Shown here piece by piece: positions 1 to 6,811 of a stretch of 17,238 nt of DNA. The translations under genes and the position numbers were made by a program. Origin of the DNA: Chlamydiae bacterium RIFCSPHIGHO2_12_FULL_49_11 (lineage in GTDB: Bacteria; Chlamydiota; Chlamydiia; Chlamydiales; 2-12-FULL-49-11); NCBI GenBank assembly GCA_001794905.1, contig MGLW01000039.1, forward strand, positions 1 through 17,238, given 5' to 3'. The notes below the pieces were generated by a model. That model did not search any database, was not told where the DNA came from, and saw only the letters and a program-made list of their open reading frames with translations. How positions within the stretch are numbered: the stretch's first letter is position 1; each line of letters begins with the position of its first letter.

Positions 1-9
1 CCCATATTT

Positions 10-678
10 TTAAATATGAGTGAGAAAGGATCGTTCAAAGGTGACCGTTAGATGATTCCGAATTTGTGAAAGTATTTCTTGCGTTTGGTATAACAACTTA
101 TCCCTTGCAATTTTTTTGCAACACAGAATTTCCAGCATCCGAAGATCATTGGAAGAACCTGAAGGAACCCCGCTAAAGCGATACTGAGAACAATTCTGCT
201 TCATCCACTCCTGAAATTTCTCTGTAGAACATTCCTCCCTAGGCGGAATCTCGATTGGAACGCCTAAAATCGGTTCCAATACCATCTTGAGTAAAACATA
301 GTATATATGTGAAACCGGTACCCTATTATGATATCCGGTGTGTAACATTTCTGCTATCACCGGAGAAGAAACGTGGGAAATAAGTTGTTTCAAGTCTCCG
401 TTATCAAAATCCCCCGCCTGGTCATAGAGGGATAAAATTTCTTCAACGTCCTCTACCCGAAGATCGGCCAAATTGCCGGACAGGCGCCGCGTTAAACCGG
501 CACTAATCATTCCGCTTAATCCGCTTAGAAATGCTACAGAAGGAACACGGCCTTGCAAAGATCTAGATGCGACATTTCGCTCTCCGAGAGAGCTTTCAGC
601 TGGCCTTTTGGACACGCCCGTACCGTTTAGAATTGGCCCGCTGCTCCAGGCAAGCCCGAGCAACTCGATCCGAAACAT
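10..678 (-). CDS. Hypothetical protein, probably the 3' part of a frameshifted gene whose real start is at 754
   Basis: 222-codon ORF co-oriented with and downstream of argS, AT-rich 3' half, no recognisable domain. The ATG at 678 has no Shine-Dalgarno. A strong GGAGGA instead precedes an out-of-frame ATG at 754. Confidence 0.55.
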   Translation of the reverse strand: MFRIELLGLAWSSGPILNGTGVSKRPAESSLGERNVASRSLQGRVPSVAFLSGLSGMISAGLTRRLSGNLADLRVEDVEEILSLYDQAGDFDNGDLKQLISHVSSPVIAEMLHTGYHNRVPVSHIYYVLLKMVLEPILGVPIEIPPREECSTEKFQEWMKQNCSQYRFSGVPSGSSNDLRMLEILCCKKIARDKLLYQTQEILSQIRNHLTVTFERSFLTHI

Positions 679-754
679 CAGAGACGGCTTGTGTCTGTTG
701 TGCAGTCAGAGCCGCTAAAGAAGCAACCCTATTTCTCTCTTGTATCCCATCCAT
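596..754 (-). CDS. 52-aa ORF, probable N-terminal fragment of the 10..678 gene
   Basis: Minus strand reads GGAGGA-aaat-ATG(754), 17 nt after the argS stop. Translates MDGIQERNRVASLAALTAQQTQAVSDVSDRVARACLEQRANSKRYGRVQKAS*. Overlaps the 10..678 ORF in a different frame. Confidence 0.45.
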   Translation of the reverse strand: MDGIQERNRVASLAALTAQQTQAVSDVSDRVARACLEQRANSKRYGRVQKAS

Positions 755-771
755 ATTTTCCTCCAAACATG

Positions 772-2457
772 TTATAATTGATCTACCACATCGATACCGA
801 GAAGATCCAAACCCTGACGGATGACGCGAGCGGTAAGGTGGCAGAGGGCGAGTCGGGAGCCTTCCTCGGGGCTTCCGATCACGATACAGTCGCGGAAAAA
901 AGCGTGGAAAGCGGTAGCCAGATCATATAAATATTCGCATAACTTGTGTACGTGCCACTCGATCGTGATCTCGGAAAGCACATCTCCGAAATGCACGAGA
1001 AGAAGTGCGAGATCCACTTCGCTTGAATGTTCGATCTTGATTGCGGGAAAGGCTTTGTCTCCGGATTTACGAAAGATGCTTTGAATTCGCACGTAAGCAT
1101 AGAGGATGAAGACCACTGTATTCCCCTCAAAGCGGAGCATGCGCTCGAAAGAAAACGTGTAGTCTTTGGTGCGTGTTGTACATAGGTCGGCATATTTGAC
1201 CGCTCCGATGCCGATGATTATGCTCTTTTCTTCGGCCTCTTCCACTCCTCTTGCATCAAGGAGTTTTTTTGCCTCGGCCACCGCTTCATCCAAAAGGTCG
1301 ATCAGATGGACCGTATCACCGCTGCGCGTTTTGAATTTTTTCCCCGATTCGGAAAGGACCACTCCGAAACCGACATGGTCAAAGCGAACATGGTCATCGA
1401 CATAGCCCACCCGTTTGACCGCTTCATACACCATTTGGAAATGCAAACTTTGCCCCAGGTCGGTGAGAATGATAATCCAGGCGGCTTTGTCGCTTTGCAC
1501 GCGATACTTGAAAGCGGCAAGGTCAGTCGTAGCATAATTGAATCCACCATCCGATTTTTGGATAATAAGAGGGAGAGGTTCCCCCTCTTTTCCTTTAAAC
1601 GCTTCCATGAACACACATTTTGCTCCGTCCGATACGGTAAGGAGCCCCGCCTTTTCGAAATCGCCCACTACCTCTTCCAGAAGGGGGTTGTAAAACGACT
1701 CCCCTCGCGTATGGAGACGCACTCCGAGAAGCGAATAGATATGATCGAACTCGCGCCGCGATATGCCGCACAACTCTTCCCAGACAAGGATAGACTCTTT
1801 GGTCCTGCCTTGTAACTCTACCACTTCGCGCCGCGCCCTCTCGCGAAAATCGGGATCGGCATCAAAAAGCTCCTTGGCACTCCGGTACCACTGCATGAGC
1901 TTTTCAGCCCCGGCCGAGCGCACTTTTTCTCCACGTTCTTTGATGTAGGCAATCAGCATTCCAAACTGCGTTCCCCAGTCGCCGAGGTGATTGAGTCGAA
2001 GCACGTCTCTTCCCTGAAATTCCAGAATGCGTGCAATACTGTCCCCAATGATGGTCGAGCGGAGATGGCCGACATGCATCAATTTAGCAATATTGGGCGA
2101 AGAAAACTCGCAGATCACACGGATGGGCTCTTCCAGCGGCACAGCAAGACGGTCGCTTGCCTTCATCTCCTCCAGCCGGCGGTCCAGCTCGCGGCTCCGG
2201 AGCCACATGTTGATAAAGCCCGGCGGTTTCACTTCCATTTTGGCAAAAAGGGAAGGAGAGAGTTCCATGACAATATTCATCCACTCGGTCGCAATCACAA
2301 TCGGCGCTTTGCCTAAAACTTTCGCAAGCTTGAGTGGCGATGTGCATTGGAAGTGGCCGAACTCTTTGCGCACCGCGAGAGTAATGTCAACGAACACGGG
2401 GGAAATCCCCATTTTCTCAGCAGCGGCAACAAACAGGCGGCGGATCGATTGGAGCAT
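772..2457 (-). CDS. argS: Arginine--tRNA ligase
   Basis: 561 aa. EFSSPNIAKLMHVGHLRSTIIGD (HIGH motif), LNHLGDWGTQFGML, KSDGGFNYATTDLAA, KFKTRSG (KMSKS equivalent), C-terminal DALR region ending GLDLLGI. Confidence 0.98.
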   Translation of the reverse strand: MLQSIRRLFVAAAEKMGISPVFVDITLAVRKEFGHFQCTSPLKLAKVLGKAPIVIATEWMNIVMELSPSLFAKMEVKPPGFINMWLRSRELDRRLEEMKASDRLAVPLEEPIRVICEFSSPNIAKLMHVGHLRSTIIGDSIARILEFQGRDVLRLNHLGDWGTQFGMLIAYIKERGEKVRSAGAEKLMQWYRSAKELFDADPDFRERARREVVELQGRTKESILVWEELCGISRREFDHIYSLLGVRLHTRGESFYNPLLEEVVGDFEKAGLLTVSDGAKCVFMEAFKGKEGEPLPLIIQKSDGGFNYATTDLAAFKYRVQSDKAAWIIILTDLGQSLHFQMVYEAVKRVGYVDDHVRFDHVGFGVVLSESGKKFKTRSGDTVHLIDLLDEAVAEAKKLLDARGVEEAEEKSIIIGIGAVKYADLCTTRTKDYTFSFERMLRFEGNTVVFILYAYVRIQSIFRKSGDKAFPAIKIEHSSEVDLALLLVHFGDVLSEITIEWHVHKLCEYLYDLATAFHAFFRDCIVIGSPEEGSRLALCHLTARVIRQGLDLLGIDVVDQL

Positions 2458-2458
2458 G

Positions 2459-3529
2459 TCAGGCGCTGGTTAAGTTAAAAATGCGCTCTTCCACAATATG
2501 GTCGGCCGCTTCGGCAGGAGAAATTTTTTCTTTGCGTGCGAGGAAAAACACTTCACGGAGCCTCTCAAACACTTCATCCGTCTCTTCTCTTGCCACTTTT
2601 GCGCTGTACCTCGCGAGCACTTTTTCCAAATTCACGTTGATGAGGCCGCCAGAATTGGCGATATAATCGGGAACATACAAGATATCCCTCTCATGAAGTA
2701 GCTGAGCGTCTTCTTTCTCCAAGAGTTGGTTATTGGCGCAGCCGCACACTATATCTGCCTTTAACCTCGGAATAGTTTCCTTGCTGAGCACTCCTCCGAG
2801 AGCGCACGGAGCAAAGATGTCGCATTCGATGTCATAGATTTCGTCAGGGAGGACGACAGTGGCGTCGAAATCGAGCACCGCTTTTTTGAGTGCCTCCTCG
2901 CGAAGATCGGTTACAATCAGATCGGCGCCATGCCAAAACAACAGGTCGGCAAAGAGCATTCCAACGGCGCCCAAACCTTGAATGGCGACTTTTTTTCCGC
3001 GGATCGAAGTGGATTCGTACAACGCTTCACAGGCGGCCCTGACTCCGAGAAACGTGGTCCATGCGGTAAAGCGGGACGGGTTGCCGCTGCTGTCTTCCGA
3101 CACCACACCGACAACATGGGGAGTATATTTTCGTAAAAGCGCCATATGATCTAAAGTAAGCCCGCTATCTTCGGCACAAATGTAGCGCCCTTCCAACTCA
3201 TTGACCGCCTGAGCGAATACTTCGAGCAGCCTTTCGGTCACACGTTGGCCTGGGCCGAGCATGACGACGCTTTTCGCGCCGCCGAAGGCGCCGCCAGCCA
3301 TGACCGACTTGTACGTCATGGCGCGAGAGAGCCGGAGAGCGTCCCGGAGAGCCTGATCGAAATCTTCGTAATGAATCACCCGCGTTCCCCCCAAAGAGCG
3401 TCCGTCAAACATCGTATGTATGGCAAGGGCGGCAGAAAAACCCTCTTCCGGGCATGTCACGTGGAACACTTCTTCATATCCGGCAACAAAAATCTTTTCC
3501 CAATGCAACTTTACCATACTCATCCTCAC
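2459..3529 (-). CDS. ldh: Leucine dehydrogenase (Glu/Leu/Phe/Val dehydrogenase family)
   Basis: LGGTR, MTYK, GGAK (catalytic Lys), AEDSG, SGNPS, GLGAVG Rossmann motif, PCALGG, GCANNQL, PDYIANSGGLI. True start may be the ATG at 3517 (after GAGG). Stop lies 1 nt before the argS start. Substrate specificity inferred from family. Confidence 0.9.
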   Translation of the reverse strand: MRMSMVKLHWEKIFVAGYEEVFHVTCPEEGFSAALAIHTMFDGRSLGGTRVIHYEDFDQALRDALRLSRAMTYKSVMAGGAFGGAKSVVMLGPGQRVTERLLEVFAQAVNELEGRYICAEDSGLTLDHMALLRKYTPHVVGVVSEDSSGNPSRFTAWTTFLGVRAACEALYESTSIRGKKVAIQGLGAVGMLFADLLFWHGADLIVTDLREEALKKAVLDFDATVVLPDEIYDIECDIFAPCALGGVLSKETIPRLKADIVCGCANNQLLEKEDAQLLHERDILYVPDYIANSGGLINVNLEKVLARYSAKVAREETDEVFERLREVFFLARKEKISPAEAADHIVEERIFNLTSA

Positions 3530-3606
3530 ATCTTTTAGAGCGGCAGTATATCAACTTCCCTCTTTTTGCACGAGAAATAGCCCACACCGGACAAGAAAAA
3601 AATTCT

Positions 3607-3635
3607 TTGCAGTAAACACAAATTTTCTTTACCAT
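3607..3635 (+). promoter_or_regulatory. Putative sigma70/sigma66 promoter for the 3666 gene
   Basis: TTGCAG(3607-3612)-17 bp-TACCAT(3630-3635), followed by an AAGGAG RBS before ATG 3666. Confidence 0.5.
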
Positions 3636-3665
3636 TCGTGCTCACCGTAAAGGAGAAAAAGTACA

Positions 3666-4406
3666 ATGTCGATACCGCTAATCAATAGAGATCCCGATCT
3701 TCAGCTTTCCGTACACGTGTGCAATCAAGCAGTGTTTCAAGGACCCTGCCGGCACAATAACAGCATCAAAGACATCGTAATCGTTGTCGAAAAGTGGACC
3801 GCTATTTGTCCGTCGTTGCACTGCGGACGGGAGTTTGCGATCGGTGATCTTCGGCTGGACGAACGAGCACTACGGGAGGTTGCCGCCGGCTCATCCCAGT
3901 TCGGCGACGTTAGCGTCGATCGTGTCGTTAGCGTAGCCCTCCGACAACTCTCGGCAACAAAAGATCGAGCTATCATAGATTGGATTCGCCGGCAACCGGT
4001 ATATAGCGGAGCCTGTCATCATCTCCTTTCCATCTCCGAATTCGAACAAGGAAAAAACGAAAACGGCACCTACATTTGCCCCAGGGAAAATTGTCTGGCG
4101 CATTTCAATGCGGATGCCTTGGAACTGCAGCATCACAAATTATTCAATTTGTGTAACGAACAGATTCGTTGCAGTGATGATGACGTAGTAGGCATTGGCG
4201 CTATAGCGCATCGCATTCTGGAAAACATAAAACGGGATTTTTTAGAATCTTCCGAAACTCTTCCCCGTTATCGGATGCGCGGCAGTTCGAATCGACTCTG
4301 GAAGTGTGCCATCACCGCCGGTGTCGCCTCCCTCGCCCTCCTCATCATCACCGGCATTGGCATCCTCGTCTACGTTTCGGTCAACGAGCTGGCAACCTAT
4401 AATTGA
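3666..4406 (+). CDS. Tandem SP-RING/U-box-like zinc-finger protein with C-terminal transmembrane anchor (candidate effector)
   Basis: 246 aa. Two repeats of C-x-H-x17/18-CP-x3-C (C28/H30/C48/C53 and C117/H119/C138/C143), preceded by (A/P)V-x4 and followed by (D/A)L-x-L. Hydrophobic stretch at aa ~215-239. AAGGAG RBS. Confidence 0.75.
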   Translation: MSIPLINRDPDLQLSVHVCNQAVFQGPCRHNNSIKDIVIVVEKWTAICPSLHCGREFAIGDLRLDERALREVAAGSSQFGDVSVDRVVSVALRQLSATKDRAIIDWIRRQPVYSGACHHLLSISEFEQGKNENGTYICPRENCLAHFNADALELQHHKLFNLCNEQIRCSDDDVVGIGAIAHRILENIKRDFLESSETLPRYRMRGSSNRLWKCAITAGVASLALLIITGIGILVYVSVNELATYN

Positions 4407-5288
4407 TCAAAAAAAATACACCAAGTTTCTTTTGTTGTCGAAAAAGACCGAGTAAAATCCAAGGATGTTCATGCCAATAATGCCGTCCACGCCGATCAGG
4501 TCCATATTTTCTCCGAAGAAGCGGAACTGTTTTTCGCACAGTGTTTGCCCGTGGTAACTTAATTGAAGTTTCACCCAATCTGTCCCCTCACTGGTTTGAA
4601 CGGAATAGCGAGATATCGAATCCGCACTCAGGCAAGAAACGGTAGATCCAGTATCGATAAGAAACCGTTTTGGACCGTAATTGGTATCGAGTTGCACTAC
4701 AGGCAGGGAAAGTCTTCTCTCGAAGGAAACGGACAAAGGTTTGCTTTTACCGATACTCGCCGGGCGCACTCCTTTGCGATAGAGTTTCATCGTGGCTGTC
4801 TTGAAATCGAACAATATGTTGTATCGTTCGAAAATACCCATTCCCAAAGTGCCCTGTGTGGGAATATGGGGGTGATTATTTCTGCAGCGAATACCTCCGG
4901 ATAGCTCAATCACGGGCGTATCTTTATCATGTTCTTCAAAGAACTCGACATTTGATATTTTTATGCCACCTAGCCGTAAAAAATCTAAGGAATACAGATC
5001 GCGCATAGATACCAATCCGTAAAAATTTTTCACTTCGAGTTTTCTCTCTGTTTTCTCGTACTTCCAGGCACTCATTGCTTCCGGGTTCAAACTCATGTCG
5101 TATCTGAGCCCCGTATCAATTGTAAGATAAAACAGCTTAGAATCTTGCTTCAAACATACAGAAGGCAAATGCTCAGGTGTTACAAATGTAGAAAGAGAGA
5201 GCAGAGGCAATCTATAATAGATCGACATACCCCACAGCAATCCCACAGCGATCGCGAGAGCAAAAACAATTTTCGCAGGTCTTGTCAA
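4407..5288 (-). CDS. Two-domain retropepsin-like aspartic protease with N-terminal signal/TM segment
   Basis: 293 aa. Two catalytic motifs (LTID58TG, FLID212TG), each followed by G-x-h-G (GTLGM, GIIGM) and a terminal h-h-FD-x-K strand. Hydrophobic aa 7-25. TTG start overlaps the upstream TGA (TTGA). Confidence 0.85.
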   Translation of the reverse strand: MTRPAKIVFALAIAVGLLWGMSIYYRLPLLSLSTFVTPEHLPSVCLKQDSKLFYLTIDTGLRYDMSLNPEAMSAWKYEKTERKLEVKNFYGLVSMRDLYSLDFLRLGGIKISNVEFFEEHDKDTPVIELSGGIRCRNNHPHIPTQGTLGMGIFERYNILFDFKTATMKLYRKGVRPASIGKSKPLSVSFERRLSLPVVQLDTNYGPKRFLIDTGSTVSCLSADSISRYSVQTSEGTDWVKLQLSYHGQTLCEKQFRFFGENMDLIGVDGIIGMNILGFYSVFFDNKRNLVYFF

Positions 5289-5863
5289 AGCGTCCCCCGA
5301 TATTTCATCCCCACAGAATAATTTGTTTCGCCGTTTTGCGGCTTTTGGACATCAATATCCAGTGAAAAATTCGATTCTTTTCCATCTCGATACTTGCTTT
5401 CAATTCCGAGCTCTCCGTGCAACTTGGCCTCCCCTTTGTTAGAAATAGAACTATCCACTTCATAGTACCCGTTCCTTTCACACTCTTTTTTTTGTTGATC
5501 CCTTTCACCATATCTATCGGTTGAAGCGACTAACGTAAACGGACTGCTCTTTCTTGTGATTTTGGATTTGGTAATGGGATATTTTGAAATAATCCATACT
5601 TCAGGAAACGCCGTATCGGTATATTGATAAGGAAACCAAAACCCAAAAAGCCTCTCCAAAGTTGACTTCATCTCATGGGTCGCATTTTTTATCAAAATAA
5701 GATCATGCACTTGTGGACAAATGGAATCCGTTACTATTCTAGCATTCAAATCTTCACACCCCCGCCACTGAAAATTCAACTTTTGAACACGTAATGTATC
5801 CGTTGATGCAAAAAGCGTCGAATATAAAAAAACCGCTAAACCTATCAAATTTTTGAATTTCAT
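5285..5863 (-). CDS. Exported hypothetical protein with degenerate EEP-like N-terminal fragment and beta-strand-rich C-terminus
   Basis: Start moved to ATG 5863 because GGAGG lies at 5872-5868 and the longer ORF-track start falls inside the hairpin element. 192 aa. Signal peptide MKFKNLIGLAVFLYSTLFA. Motifs LRVQKLN, DLILIKN, FPYQY and IISKYPI resemble the first third of EEP domains. Confidence 0.7.
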   Translation of the reverse strand: MKFKNLIGLAVFLYSTLFASTDTLRVQKLNFQWRGCEDLNARIVTDSICPQVHDLILIKNATHEMKSTLERLFGFWFPYQYTDTAFPEVWIISKYPITKSKITRKSSPFTLVASTDRYGERDQQKKECERNGYYEVDSSISNKGEAKLHGELGIESKYRDGKESNFSLDIDVQKPQNGETNYSVGMKYRGTL

Positions 5864-5891
5864 GATACCTCCATTTTTATGATATCTTATC

Positions 5892-5920
5892 AATGTAAAT
5901 TTTTTATTAGGGCGTGTCAA
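5892..5920 (-). promoter_or_regulatory. Putative hybrid sigma70-type promoter (-35 inside the MITE-like element, -10 in flanking DNA)
   Basis: Minus strand TTGACA(5920-5915)-17 bp-TACATT(5897-5892), upstream of the GGAGG RBS and ATG 5863. Confidence 0.6.
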
Positions 5921-5993
5921 CAAACAATTTACCATTTGCGCTTGGAAGCTTTCCTATCAGCTCAAATGGTAAATTGTTTGTTGACACGCCCTA
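5908..5993. mobile_element. MITE-like element: 82 bp with 29-bp perfect terminal inverted repeats, flanked by TA
   Basis: TA-GGGCGTGTCAACAAACAATTTACCATTTG(5910-5938)-24 nt-CAAATGGTAAATTGTTTGTTGACACGCCC(5963-5991)-TA. The perfect palindrome extends to 32 bp (5907-5938/5963-5994). No transposase. The inverted repeat is directly visible; mobility is inferred. Confidence 0.7.
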
Positions 5994-6008
5994 AAAGGAT
6001 TTTTGATC

Positions 6009-6037
6009 TTGATGTTTTCTGGAGGCCGTGGTAGGCT
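6009..6037 (+). promoter_or_regulatory. Putative promoter of the DUF2709-tsaE-engB-dnaQ-pgk operon
   Basis: TTGATG(6009-6014)-17 bp-TAGGCT(6032-6037) with an extended -10 TG at 6029-6030. GGAGAG RBS before ATG 6067. Confidence 0.45.
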
Positions 6038-6066
6038 TTTTGCTGTAATGCACTGTTGGAGAGTCC

Positions 6067-6810
6067 ATGTCTAAAACCCTTATTTCCGAGCCTCTTCTGG
6101 GCGATATCGAAGAATTTTTGAAAAAGAATCGCAAAGCTGACCTCATCACTACCTATTTATTTTATCTCGAGAAGAAATTTAAACTCGATCCGGTCATCTT
6201 TATCAAAGAAAAAAAGATTTACCAGAGCGAAGAAGACTTGATCCGCATCCTCGAAGAGAACAATGCCCTGTGGCGCGAAACGGAAATTAAAATCCGCATC
6301 GGAAAAGAAAGCGTCAATGAACAGACAAACCGGGTCTATATTTGCCCCTACTCCGGCAAAGTGTTCGGCGACAATACCCACCCCAACCCCCAGGATGCCA
6401 TCTACGACTGGGTCTCCAAATGCCCGGAAAATACGGAACGGGTGGACGGCATCCGCGTGAAACGGTTTTTCGTCTCCGATGATCCCGAAATCATCCGGAA
6501 TTATATCCAAAAACCGACAAAAGAAATTTCCAAAATCGTGTTCACCTCCCTCATCACCGGCAAGTTGTTCGGAAACAAAAATACCGTCGTCCACGACCTG
6601 AAACAAAACTATATCAAACACATTCCAATGAAAGACGTGCCCACTCAAAACCGGTTCGAAATCCAGGAAGGTTTTTTGCAGTTCATCCAAAACTACTTGG
6701 ACGAAAGCCGTATCGGACAGTTTGTCGAAACCCTCTCCTCCGACCCCCGCTTTGCCAAGTATGTCGAAAAATGGCTCGAAGAACCCGAGGAAGAAGCCCA
6801 AGAGGCATAA
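6067..6810 (+). CDS. Chlamydiae-conserved protein, DUF2709 family
   Basis: 247 aa. YICPYSGKVFGDNTHPNPQDAIYDWVSKCPENTER and KRFFVSDDPEII match, from memory, the chlamydia-specific family encoded beside tsaE/dnaQ. Confidence 0.85.
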   Translation: MSKTLISEPLLGDIEEFLKKNRKADLITTYLFYLEKKFKLDPVIFIKEKKIYQSEEDLIRILEENNALWRETEIKIRIGKESVNEQTNRVYICPYSGKVFGDNTHPNPQDAIYDWVSKCPENTERVDGIRVKRFFVSDDPEIIRNYIQKPTKEISKIVFTSLITGKLFGNKNTVVHDLKQNYIKHIPMKDVPTQNRFEIQEGFLQFIQNYLDESRIGQFVETLSSDPRFAKYVEKWLEEPEEEAQEA

Positions 6811-6811
6811 A

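Noticed and set aside
1-18. Possible next minus-strand ATG at 5-3 and a small palindrome CATATTT-TT-AAATATG
   Set aside because: At the window edge, with too little sequence to support a feature.
611-619. GACACGCCC, identical to the MITE terminus, near the suspected frameshift
   Set aside because: Only a 9-bp match with no partner arm and no directly adjacent TA. It is plausible by chance in 17 kb.
5864-5935. ORF-track N-terminal extension of the 5285 gene
   Set aside because: It begins inside the palindromic element. The GGAGG RBS and signal peptide point to ATG 5863.
5907-5994. Reading the long hairpin as a rho-independent terminator or CRISPR repeat
   Set aside because: It lies between divergent genes, has no U-tract, and is a single inverted pair rather than spaced direct repeats.
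6157-6801. 214-codon ORF antisense to the DUF2709 gene, and similar shadow ORFs inside argS, pgk, rsbU and rsgA
   Set aside because: Contained within or largely overlapping well-supported genes, with antisense-type composition and no independent signals.
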